The notes beneath the pieces are model-generated. The model was not told the origin of the DNA and searched no databases. It worked only from the letters and a program-made list of their open reading frames with translations. Below, in pieces: positions 51,394 through 61,634 of a stretch of DNA of 64,000 nucleotides. Each line of letters opens with the position of its first letter. Position 1 is the first letter of the stretch. The stretch is taken from assembly GCA_950097015.1 (NCBI GenBank), contig CATNEN010000025.1, forward strand, positions 496,001 through 560,000. Direction: 5' to 3'. The position numbers and the translations under genes were made by a program. This stretch comes from Macrostomum hystrix (taxonomy: Eukaryota; Animalia; Platyhelminthes).

Positions 51394-51484
51394 CTCTAAA
51401 TCTTCGATTTCCCTCTAAAGTGCCTAAAAGTGCAAGTGAACTTTTATTACGACATAAAGCTAAAAATCACAGTTTTATTAAACA

Positions 51485-51880
51485 GAAACTTTTCGTGCCA
51501 GAAATTTCACACCTCTAAAGCTTCACAGCCCGAAACTTCACACCTCCGTAACTTCACAGCCCCGAAACTTCACACCTCCGAAGCTTCACAGCCAGAAACT
51601 TCACACCCCCGAAACTTCACACCTCCGTAACTTCACAGCCCGAAACTTCACACCTCCGAAACTTCACAACCACGAAACTTCACACCTCCGAAACTTCACA
51701 CCCCCGAAACTTCATTTCTTTGAAGCTTCTCAACCGCGAAACTTCACACCTCCGTAACTTCACAGCCCCGAAACTTCACACCTCCGAAGCTTCACAACTC
51801 CGAAACTTCACAACCACGAAACTTCACACCTCCGAAACTTCACACCCCCGTAACTTCATTTCTTCGAAGCTTCACACTTT
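51485..51880. repeat. About 16-bp repeat (CCGAAACTTCACACCT family)
   Basis: Tandem degenerate units. Confidence 0.9.
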
Positions 51881-52499
51881 CAAAAGATCCAGAATTTCCA
51901 GTTTTTTCTAGCCTAGCCACAGAATTTATAATGTCAAACATTCGTGTGTGCTATTTTCTGATTCGTAAAATATTCCGTCATTTGATAAAAGGCTATGTGC
52001 TTCTGTGCTTTCCGTCAAACAGATAGATATTGAAAGCTTCCTAAAACCAAGTCCAAACTGCATTGTACACTGAAAAATCCACACAGCTCAGATCGATCTC
52101 AAATCTTCTCGTTCTTCTAATCATTACGTAATCGTACGGCATCCAGTGGGGAGTCAACCTTAGCCTACCCGCCCTGTACAATATACGGGGTTGCTAGACG
52201 GCAGAGAATGTACACGTGGACAGGGGATTTCAGCCTAGGGAGCATATACAGTCATTCCCTACTTGAGTAGAGCAAGCAAAGTGACACAGCCAACGGCTCG
52301 ACAGGCACCTTTAGTTTCCAGCCTCTGTAAGTTGAAACTCCGCATGCTTCCAAGTTACCGGACGCAATAGTTCAATCACACTAATAATTATTCTAAATAA
52401 TAATACTTTCTCCCATCCACTCCTTAAAAAAATCAGGAAATCCCGGGAATCCAAACCACTCACATTGGGTTAGGCGGCGGGGCTGTAACGCTTCCAACA

Positions 52500-52778
52500 G
52501 GGGGTGAGTGACAGCGCGGTCTAATGCGTCCCTGAGCTCGATTCCGTGGCGAGGCCCGTGGCGAGGGCCAACCTCAAAGGCACTGTGAGAGTGCACACAG
52601 CTAGCGGATGAGAAAGTCAGGGCAGATGTACACACCTGTGTGAGGGTTTGCCTGCGTGCAGTATCTGTGTGCGTGTGTGCTCAGGAGTCAGCGGAATGGG
52701 CAGAATTGCCTTCTCGCTGGCTGCGGGTCTAGTGTCACCGAATTTTATTCCAGTACCTGCCCACAGCCCTCCTGCAAT
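52500..52778 (+). mobile_element. tRNA-derived SINE family A with an internal deletion
   Basis: Head GGGTGAGTGACAGCG...CTGAGCTCGATTCC; body and 3' end match the other copies. Confidence 0.85.
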
Positions 52779-52970
52779 GATGCTGATGATGATGCTGACG
52801 ATGATGCTGCTCATGCTGATGATGATGATGCTGATGCTGATGATGATGCTGCTGATGCTGATGCTGATGCTGATGATACCGATGCTGGTGATGATGCTGA
52901 CGATGATGTTGACGATAATGCTGATGATGATGATGATGATTATGATGATGATGATGATGATGATGCTGAT
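52777..52970. repeat. (GAT/GCT/GAC)n trinucleotide microsatellite at the SINE 3' end
   Basis: Read directly. Confidence 0.93.
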
Positions 52971-53097
52971 GTTCCTCGCTGCAGCAGAAATGGCTCCTCA
53001 CTGGCTGCGGGTCTGCTGTTGCCAAATGATTTGTCAGTGACCCAAGCTCCCATTTGCGAATTTTAACCAACTCCCTGATCCCCAACTCAGCTGTGCC

Positions 53098-53297
53098 ATG
53101 GGGAACTGTCTGCGCAAGCAGCGCGAACGTGAGCTGGCTAAGAGGGCGTCTCGTCGCGAGGAGCTGGTAAAGTACTTCCTCAGCGTTGATGTCGACAGGC
53201 CGCAGTCAAAGCCGCGGTCGCCAGCTGCCAAGCCCGACAAGCCGAAACCTAGCGAAACTGGTCGAATTGAGGACAACCACGACCGAATGGGAATCAA
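53098..53297 (+). CDS. Orphan protein with an MGNC lipid-anchor-like start, exon 1
   Basis: ATG MGNCLRKQR...; donor AA|GTGAGA at 53298; phase fits exon 2. Confidence 0.7.
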
Positions 53298-53306
53298 GTG
53301 AGACGA

Positions 53307-54070
53307 CTCTCCTCACCCACTGCCTCTCCTCACCCACTGCCTCTCCTCACCCACTGCCTCTCCTCACCCACTGCCACTCCTCACCCACTGCCACTCCTCA
53401 CCCACTGCCTCTCCTCACCCACTGCCACTCCTCACCCACTGCCTCTCCTCACCCACTGCCACTCCTCACCCACTGCCACTCCTCACCCACTGCCTCTCCT
53501 CACCCACTGCCACTCCTCACCCACTGCCTCTCCTCACCCACTGCCACTCCTCACCCACTGCCTCTCCTCACCCACTGCCACTCCTCACCCACTGCCTCTC
53601 CTCACCCACTGCCACTCCTCACCCACTGCCTCTCCTCACCCACTGCCTCTCCTCACCCACTGCCACTCCTCACCCACTGCCTCTCCTCACCCACTGCCTC
53701 TCCTCACCCACTGCCACTCCTCACCCACTGCCTCTCCTCACCCACTGCCACTCCTCACCCACTGCCTCTCCTCACCCCCTTGCCTATCCTCACCCACTGC
53801 CTCTCCTCACCCACTGCCACTCCTCACCCACTGCCTCTCCTCACCCACTGCCACTCCTCACCCACTGCCTCTCCTCACCCACTGCCTCTCCTCACCCCCT
53901 TGCCTATCCTCACCCACTGCCTCTCCTCACCCACTGCCACTCCTCACCCACTGCTTCTCCTCACCCACTGCCTCTCCTCACCCACTGCCTCTCCTCACCC
54001 ACTGCCTCTCCTCACCCACTGCCTCTCCTCACGCACTGCCTCTCTTCACCCACTGCTTCTCCTCACCCAC
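53307..54070. repeat. 17-bp minisatellite (CTCCTCACCCACTGCCT/A) filling the intron
   Basis: About 45 units. Confidence 0.96.
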
Positions 54071-54072
54071 AG

Positions 54073-54496
54073 TTCAGCTCGCGATTTGCTAGTCCGCACG
54101 GGGCTGGACTTGGGCGCAGCGATTGTCGCGACTGCGACCGCCGCAGCCGCAGCTTCTGCAGGAGCATACTCAGACGATGAGTCGCCCGCGCACCGCTGGC
54201 GACTGACCGACAGGCAGCGGGAGGCGGCGCTCTACGCCATGGAGAACGACGGCATTGAACGGTTGCACGACAACGCGGAGCTGCAGTTGGAGCAGCGGAG
54301 GGAGCGGCAACGGCGCGAGGAACGTCTGGAAGGTATCGGCGTGTCCGGAGGCGGCGGCGGTGGCGGAGTCGGCGGCGGCGGCAGCGGCGGCGGTGGAGTT
54401 GGCGGTGGAGGCGGAGGTATTGCAATGCTTTTAACTGATCAAAATGCAGCTGAATCAAAATTTCTCATCAAAGCTTACCAGGCCCTGCATTTATAA
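54073..54496 (+). CDS. Orphan MGNC protein, exon 2 (coiled-coil-like stretch and poly-Gly)
   Basis: Acceptor CCCACAG at 54072; AA+T gives N, then SARDLLVRTG...; stop at 54494-54496. Confidence 0.7.
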
Positions 54497-54762
54497 GACT
54501 TCTGATATTTTGCAACAAAGCTGGCATGACACTGAAGAAATTGCCCAGACAAGAAGTGACTTTCAGCTGTCTGAGATTATCCAACTGGGGGGGGGGGCAG
54601 TGAGACAGAGAAGCCAAACCGTGGTTTGTCTTCCAGAAAGTTTACTGGCGCATGTAAGCGAAAATAATTCGAACCATGCGATTGACTGCCGTTATAAACT
54701 GTACTTTATCTAAAATTGCGAAGTCGTTTGGAATTACGCGCACTTGGAATTCCTTGTATGCA

Positions 54763-55130
54763 GCAAGAGCAGCATCTAGAATCGCAGCAAGAACCGCATC
54801 TAGAATCGCAGAAGGAACCGCATCTAGAATCGCAGCAAGAGCCGCATCTAGAATCGCAGCAAGAGCCGCATCTAGAATCGCAGCAAGAACCGCATCTAGA
54901 ATCGCAGCAAGAACCGCATCTAGAATCGCAGCAGGAGCCACATCTAGAATCGCAGCAAGAACCGCATCTAGAATCGCAGCAAGAACCGCATCTAGAATCG
55001 CAGCAAGAACCGCATCTAGAATCGCAGCAAGAACCGCATCTAGAATCGCAGCAAGAACCGCATCTAGAATCGCAGCAGGAACCGCATATAGAATCGCAGC
55101 AAGAACCGCATCTAGAATCGCCGCAGCAGG
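54763..55130. repeat. 24-bp minisatellite (GCAGCAAGAACCGCATCTAGAATC)
   Basis: About 15 units. Confidence 0.95.
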
Positions 55131-55140
55131 AAATTTATTT

Positions 55141-55249
55141 TGTGTGTGTTTGTGTGTGTGTGTATGTGTGTGTGTGTGTGTGTATGTGTGTGTGTGTGTG
55201 TATGCGTGTGTGTGTGTGTGTATGTGTGTGTGTGTGTGTGTATGTGTGT
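55141..55249. repeat. (GT)n microsatellite
   Basis: Read directly. Confidence 0.97.
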
Positions 55250-55965
55250 CTGAGTATCTGAACAAGTGAGCCATCTGGTGTGAATAAAGCTAGCATAAAA
55301 TATTTAGGATTTCAGTAGCATTGCTGATGAATTAATTCTATTATATAAACAGAAATAATATGTAACTGCTGCGATCTGGCCAAGTCTCACGGTTTCCTCA
55401 GCAAAGAGACAGGAAATTGCAGCAAATGGTCTCGTTGCATGCACTTGTAGAATATTTTGGCCACTTCACGTATACATAGTGCAAATCGATTTGGGCTGCA
55501 ATAGGCATTGGTTTCGTGTGCTACCAAAATTAGAAAATAGCAATGCTTGCAAAATGCTATTGTGATTAATGCCCCCCACGCCAGAGCAGCGCATGGTTGC
55601 AGACTGCATGCTTCATCATCCGTGCCGCCAAACAGACGAGAGGCCAAATCTGATTAATGGCGAAGCAACACTTTCTGCCAGCATCTCACGGGAGCTGCTG
55701 GCCTGAGAACATCTCTCATGTGACTACCTAGTCAACTGTGGAGGAGCTTCAAATTGCGATGTGTTGTTCAGCTCTGCACACTTACCTGACAACAGTGACA
55801 CAACAGTGAACAACTCAAAATTACCTCCGCACGGCCGCAAAATTCAATTTACATTTTCTTTCCAAATAAACGGTTGCTTATTTTCTATTTATAATGAAAT
55901 CTATCCGCTCGCATGCTACTAAAATCTGTGAATCACAAGTAGTAACTAAAGCCAACATTTTTCAG

Positions 55966-56030
55966 ACCGATTCACTCCGACGACCTCATATCACGGAACA
56001 CCCGGCCGGACTGCCACACCAACGCGTCAC
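55966..56030 (+). other. Possible non-coding 5' exon of SLC12A8
   Basis: 65-nt GC-rich island bounded by TTTTTCAG and GTGAGC; linkage to SLC12A8 is inferred. Confidence 0.35.
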
Positions 56031-58357
56031 GTGAGCTTTGGAGGCACCGCCATGGTTGGCTATCGAAGATAAACTATAGATTAATATATAAAAACGAAAA
56101 AAGCGATCCATACATATTTAACTCTCTTGTAGTGGCACTATTTTTCTGAATTTATCGTTTCGCCCAAATTAAAGTTGGTTATTGTACAGAGAAAAGTTAT
56201 TTTTTATCTACCACGATATATCATTTAATGTTAGAACAGAGTTGCCTTTTGCATTCATACGATGACTACGAGTAGCTAAAAAGTTTGGTAGTCCTAAAAT
56301 TCATATATTGGACCTCTATATCGATGTATGGTAGTTGTTGTGACTGTTAAATGACAATCTCTTGGCATTACGGACTCAACTGCGAGTGAATACGTCAACT
56401 AAACCCGTGTATATTTAACGGAGAATTTTAGGGTTAAGTGTAAAAGCAAATATGAAAGCCCATAATAACAAAGGCCTCCTTTGAAACAAAGGATAATGAA
56501 AATTGACAACACGACCACAGCTGATGCAGTCCAGTTACTGGGTCGTTTCGGTTTTTTATAGCGAGTTCCATATTTGCGATTGCTGTCGCTGCTGTAAACG
56601 CTTTATTCGTTGCTGCAATTATAATTGCATCCACTAAATAAAGTTAGATAATAGCCTAGAAATTAGAACTCGTAACTAATCACAGAAAAATTAGTCTCAA
56701 TGCCAAATGGAGGACAATTATAATATGTTATGGATCCTTTCGACACCAAACTCTTTTATGTCACTTTCAAATTGAAGTGTTAATTTTTTCTAATAAATTT
56801 TATTCTTATAAATATTGTTTTCGTAGACTATTTTGTAAGCATTACGCTTTTTGTCACCTTTAATTTTTTAGTTAGTTTTACTTATGCACTTATGCGTCTT
56901 TTGATTTCAAAAGCTAGTTTTATAAGAATCGGAGTCATCATTCAATCCTGAGCCAAATAAATTACTTAAGTCAATTGTAATTACAATTAAAATTACTTAG
57001 GGCACACAAAATGTCTGATATTTCCACACCTAGATAATTTAGACCAAGGCAAAGCTCAAAGTCGTATTTTGCTAATGAAGTACTTATAATTCCATTTCTA
57101 TGTTTCTTTATTAGAGGTTAATTAAGCCTAACGCCTTGACATATCAACGGCCCTACTTGTGCGGTATGGCTGTATGAGTTTATAATTGCTCCTTGTTATC
57201 TATTCCATCTAGTTGACAATTTTTTTTCGAATTAGCTTTAGTGCCCCTAGGCTCTAGCAGCCTTGTGACCCTTGATAAGGCAATGACTATGCCTATTTTA
57301 GAGATCTAGCTGGCTAAGTAAATATTCAGCTCACCAAAGTATTATTTTGCTAATCAGCTATTCATAAATCATATATGTTTAGCCAGCACTAATGTATTTT
57401 CATTCTTTAATTTTTTATTTTAAATTTGCACAAAAACTATACTTTGTTTTGTCTTAAAGCTGTCTTTAATTAAAAAGAACTTGATCGTTGATCAAGAGTT
57501 TTAAAAAGAAATTAAGAGAACCACTAAAGCCTATAATAGAAAGGATAATGGTTAAGAAGACATTTTAAATAAAGGGTTTAAGACAAAACAAAATACTGTT
57601 TTTGTGCAATTAAAAATGAAATAATTATAGAAAATACATTAGTGCCATCTAGGCATAATTTGCTTTTGTAAGTGGTTGTGTTTAAAATATGCAATATATT
57701 TTATAAATTACTATGCAACATAAAGCATATTATAGTTATATAAATATATATTTGAAATATATACATTTGGACAGCTATATAGCTATACAACCTATATAAA
57801 AAATTAATGCTGAGAATATTTAATAAAAATGCTTTCATTGTTAAATTATGACAATTTGTGATCAATCCCTTGTGCCACTGCCACTGTTGGTTAGAGCTCT
57901 AGATGAATAAAGCCTAATAAATTTCATATGTTAACATAGAAGAAACATGACTCTTGAGCATAAACCTAATTCTAATTTAATTCTGTTTCTGGACTGAAAT
58001 ATAGGATATTTTCTAGGACTGAAGTTCACAAAGCTTACAACAGCAATTTAGGAAGATTTGATTGCCCTTTAGTCTATATGCTGCATTTCTAGCTAGGTCT
58101 AAACATCAATACCTTGGCTCTACTATTTTTGTAATGTGTTTATTCTTATTTCAAAGACAAATTCTGCCATAAAGCCACCAAAGTTGTAATAGGCATTATA
58201 GACATAATAGGCATTTAAGTTAACAATATAAAAAGCGACATAGTACAGGATAGTAAGCAAGATATCCAGTGATGCTTACAATGCCCTCAGTTATGAAATC
58301 CATCTCTGACTCCCACTTCAGTATCACTCTCGCAAACTGGGCCTCAGAACTGAATCA

Positions 58358-58576
58358 ATGAGTGAGAAGACTGGCCTATTGTCTGAGTCTAGCAGCAGTG
58401 GGCAGCCAGGACACACTGATCCAGTTCGCGACAATGAACTCTTCAAAGAAGTCGGCGATGCTCATCTTCAGCTGGGGCCTTGGTGGAAGGCTAATTTTCT
58501 AATTACTGAACGAGTTCTTTTTGGTCCTTGGGATGGCGTCTTCACCAGCTGCATGATGAATATCTTTGGCACTGTG
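58358..58576 (+). CDS. SLC12A8: SLC12A8 (cation-chloride cotransporter 9), coding exon 1
   Basis: PWWKANFLITERVLFGPWDGVFTSCMMNIFG matches my recollection of SLC12A8 (PWWK...VLFGTWDGVFTSCMINIFG); donor GTCAGT at 58577. Confidence 0.9.
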
Positions 58577-58649
58577 GTCAGTAAGAAATTGCATCAATTT
58601 GCTGTCAAAAAGTAGACTTTTACATTTAATGTTCAAATTTCAAAATACT

Positions 58650-58782
58650 CTCCATGCGTGGCGTACTCACTCACCATACCTAGGGTGGGATTCGTATGTG
58701 TCCCAGATTAAATATACAGCCTCACCGTGTATTCGAACCCAGGACCTTCTAAGTAAGAGTCAGTGCTCTACCGTTAGCCCCT
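58650..58782 (-). mobile_element. tRNA-derived SINE-like element (family B) in SLC12A8 intron 1
   Basis: Minus strand reads GGGGCTAACGGTAGAGCAC...AAGGTCCTGGGTTCGAATACACGGTGAGGC; head resembles family A but the body differs. Confidence 0.65.
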
Positions 58783-58972
58783 AAATTGGTCTGTTGTTAA
58801 TAATTTAGTTAAAATAATGTATATATTGTAATGTTCTATGGTATATGATGCCAGTATTATTATGTTTTTATAAAGGGTCAAAATGGTGTGCTCTCTGGCT
58901 GTGGATCTACTGTCGCCAAATGATGTGCCTACAGTTACAAAAGACAAGCAAATTGATCAAACCCTCTCTCAG

Positions 58973-59238
58973 GTGTTCTTGCGTGCCGGCTGGATGGTTG
59001 GCCAAGCTGGGGTTCCGCTAGCCATGCTGATTGCCTGCATCACGGCCACTGTGGCACTGCTCACCGTGCTCAGCGCCATCGGTGCTCTGGACCGCTGCGG
59101 CGGTGCCGGAGACACGGACGCTCCTGGAGCGGCTGGCGGTGGCGGAGTCTATCCACTGCTTCGGCGCGCCCTTGGAGACCGCCTTGCCGCTTCAGTCGGC
59201 ACCGCCTACTGGCTGGGCCAAGCCATTGGAGTCTCACT
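58973..59238 (+). CDS. SLC12A8: SLC12A8 coding exon 2
   Basis: Acceptor CTCTCAG at 58972; VFLRAGWMVG...GGVYPLL...; donor GTGAGT at 59239. Confidence 0.9.
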
Positions 59239-59261
59239 GTGAGTGCTGAGGTGTTGTCTGT

Positions 59262-59500
59262 TGCTTTCCAGATAAGATCTGGGGGTGTCTACTGCTTTCA
59301 AGATGAGATCTGGGGTGTCTACTGGTTTCCAGATAGGATCTGGGGTGTCTACTGGTTTCCAGATAGGATCTGGGGTGTCTACTGGTTTCCAGATAGGATC
59401 TGGGGTGTCTACTGGTTTCCAGATAGGATCTGGGGTGTCTACTGCTTTATAAATGGGGTGTCTTCTACTGTCCAGCTGAGGTTGGGGTGTCTTCTACTGA
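59262..59500. repeat. 30-bp minisatellite (GATCTGGGGTGTCTACTGGTTTCCAGATAG) in SLC12A8 intron 2
   Basis: 5 near-perfect units plus degenerate ones. Confidence 0.9.
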
Positions 59501-59525
59501 GCCAATCCACGCCTCGCCTCAACAG

Positions 59526-60216
59526 CTACGCAGCGGGCCTTGGCGAGTCGGTCTCCGCTTTGACTGGCTGGCGCGAGGCCACAGGCGGCGGCGATTGGCC
59601 AGCTCGAGGCGTGGCCGCCTGCGTCACCATCGGCCTGCTGGGGGTGTGCGGCGCCGGAGTGAAATGGGTCATCCGGCTGCAGCTGGTCCTGCTGGCGCTG
59701 CTACTCATAGCTGTCCTCGACTTTCTAATTGGTTCACTTGTTTCCCATGGCAACGCTTCGTCGTCTTTAGGCGTCGTTGGTTACTCTCGCCACACCCTGG
59801 CTAATAATAGCAGGCCAGATTATTTGCCGGGCGAAAATTTCTTCAGCGTCCTGGGCGTGTTTCTGCCCACCGTCAGCGGTGTTCTAGCTGGCGTCAACAT
59901 GGCCGGCGACCTGGCCGATCCGCCGCGCTCCGTGCCTGTCGGCAGTTTGTCAGCAGTAGCCGCCAGCTGGCTGCTCTACTCCGCCTTCGTGCTGGTACTG
60001 GGCTCCACCTGCGAGCGCTGGGCACTGCAGTCTGACCCGCTGATTGGCCAGAAGGTCTCACTGCTTGGTCCGATGTTTCTGTGCGGCCTGTACGTTAGCT
60101 CGCTGAGTGCAGCGCTTGGGGGACTGACGGCTGCTGCCAGGGTTCTGTCTGCCGTGGCACACAACACCCAACTGCCCGGCCTCCGCGTGCTGGCCGAACT
60201 CAAGTTCTCCGTACAG
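59526..60216 (+). CDS. SLC12A8: SLC12A8 coding exon 3
   Basis: Acceptor CAACAG at 59525 (CT+C); GVKWVIRLQL, PDYLPGENFFSVLGVF and AGVNMAGDL; donor CAG|GTGAAT at 60217. Confidence 0.92.
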
Positions 60217-60812
60217 GTGAATGACTGAACTAATGAACCTGTGTGAATGACTGAACTAATGAACCTGTGTGAGTGACTGAACTAGTGAACCTGTGTGAAT
60301 GACTGAACTTGTGAACCTGTGTGAATGACTGAACTTGTGAACCTGTGTGAATGACTGAACTTGTGAACCTGTGTGAATGACTGAACTTGTGAACCTGTGT
60401 GAGTGACTGAACTAGTGAACCTGTGTGAATGACTGAACTTGTGAACCTGTGTGAATGACTGAACTTGTGAACCTGTGTGAATGACTGAACTAATGAACCT
60501 GTGTGAATGACTGAACTAATGAACCTGTGTGAATGACTGAACTAATTAACCTGTGTGAATGACTGAACTAGTGAACCTGTGTGAATGACTGAACTAGTGA
60601 AACTGTGTGAGTGACTGAACTAGTGAACCTGTGTGAATGACTGAACTAGTGAACCTGTGTGAATGACTGAACTAGTGAACCTGTGTGAATGACTGAACTA
60701 GTGAACCTGTGTGAATGACTGAACTAGTGAACCTGTGTGAATGACTGAACTAGTGAACCTGTGTGAATGACTGAACTAGTGAACCTGTGTGAATGACTGA
60801 ACTAATGAACCT
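60217..60812. repeat. 26-bp minisatellite (GTGAATGACTGAACTAGTGAACCTGT) starting at the donor GT
   Basis: About 23 units. Confidence 0.96.
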
Positions 60813-60946
60813 ATTTTAGACCCCACTACGCGGTCCCTACAGTCCACGGACTGAACAGTTGTCCACACTGCGCAATGGCTGGGTTATGTGTAGGCTGGGT
60901 TTCTATTAGTGTATTCTCCTATTTACCAAAGCACCGCTGTTTCCAG

Positions 60947-61191
60947 GTTCCGCTTTACGCTTTACTGACCGTGACGACCGTCTCCCTGGTGTTCACAGCG
61001 GTTGGCAATGTAAACTTCCTCGGTCCCATCGTGATCATGCCGTTTTTGATCACCTACGGCACCGTCTCCTACGCCTATTTCGCCCTGGCCATGACACACG
61101 ACATGGTGACCGACAGGGCTAGGCGCTTTGATCTGAGCCGCCGGCGGGACCGCCAGGTATCCACTTCCGGGCCGCAGAGTCCACGGTTCAG
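60947..61191 (+). CDS. SLC12A8: SLC12A8 coding exon 4 (3' boundary is 61156 or 61191; gene continues beyond the window)
   Basis: Acceptor TTTCCAG at 60946; VPLYALL...GNVNFLGPIV...FLITY...YAYFAL. Confidence 0.85.
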
Positions 61192-61634
61192 GTGAGAAAT
61201 AAGAGATCCGTGGATTACGATCGAATGTTGGGAATTTTTCGTTACAGGGTTTCCCAACATTACGGATCATAAAATTACAGACTTAGGTTTTAGTTTTTCT
61301 AGTCGAAAAGCAAATTATTTCAATATAGCCAAAATGATTCTAGGTTTTTTACATTCAAGCACGACGCGAGCTACTGCATTTTTACACTCACTTTTATCTA
61401 TTTTTGCATGCTAGATTTTAGAAGTTAATTTTGTAAGTTCAGTTATTTGCTAAAGTTATCGATTGGGAAAACTGTACCTCACGATTTTGCATTATGAAGA
61501 AGTGTAAGCAAAGAAAGCAGTATGATTAAGCCTTAGTAGGTATGCATTAAAAAGTGCGCCAATGTTATTTTAATAATATTAAACTGAATCCCAACAAATC
61601 TGGTTAAAATTAATAAAAACTACAAGCTTAGCTT

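Noticed and set aside
52648-53085. Poly-Met, poly-Asp and poly-His ORFs
   Set aside because: Three frames of one trinucleotide microsatellite attached to a SINE.
54642-55274. AAILDAVL / ESQQEPHL ORFs
   Set aside because: Translations of a 24-bp repeat plus (GT)n.
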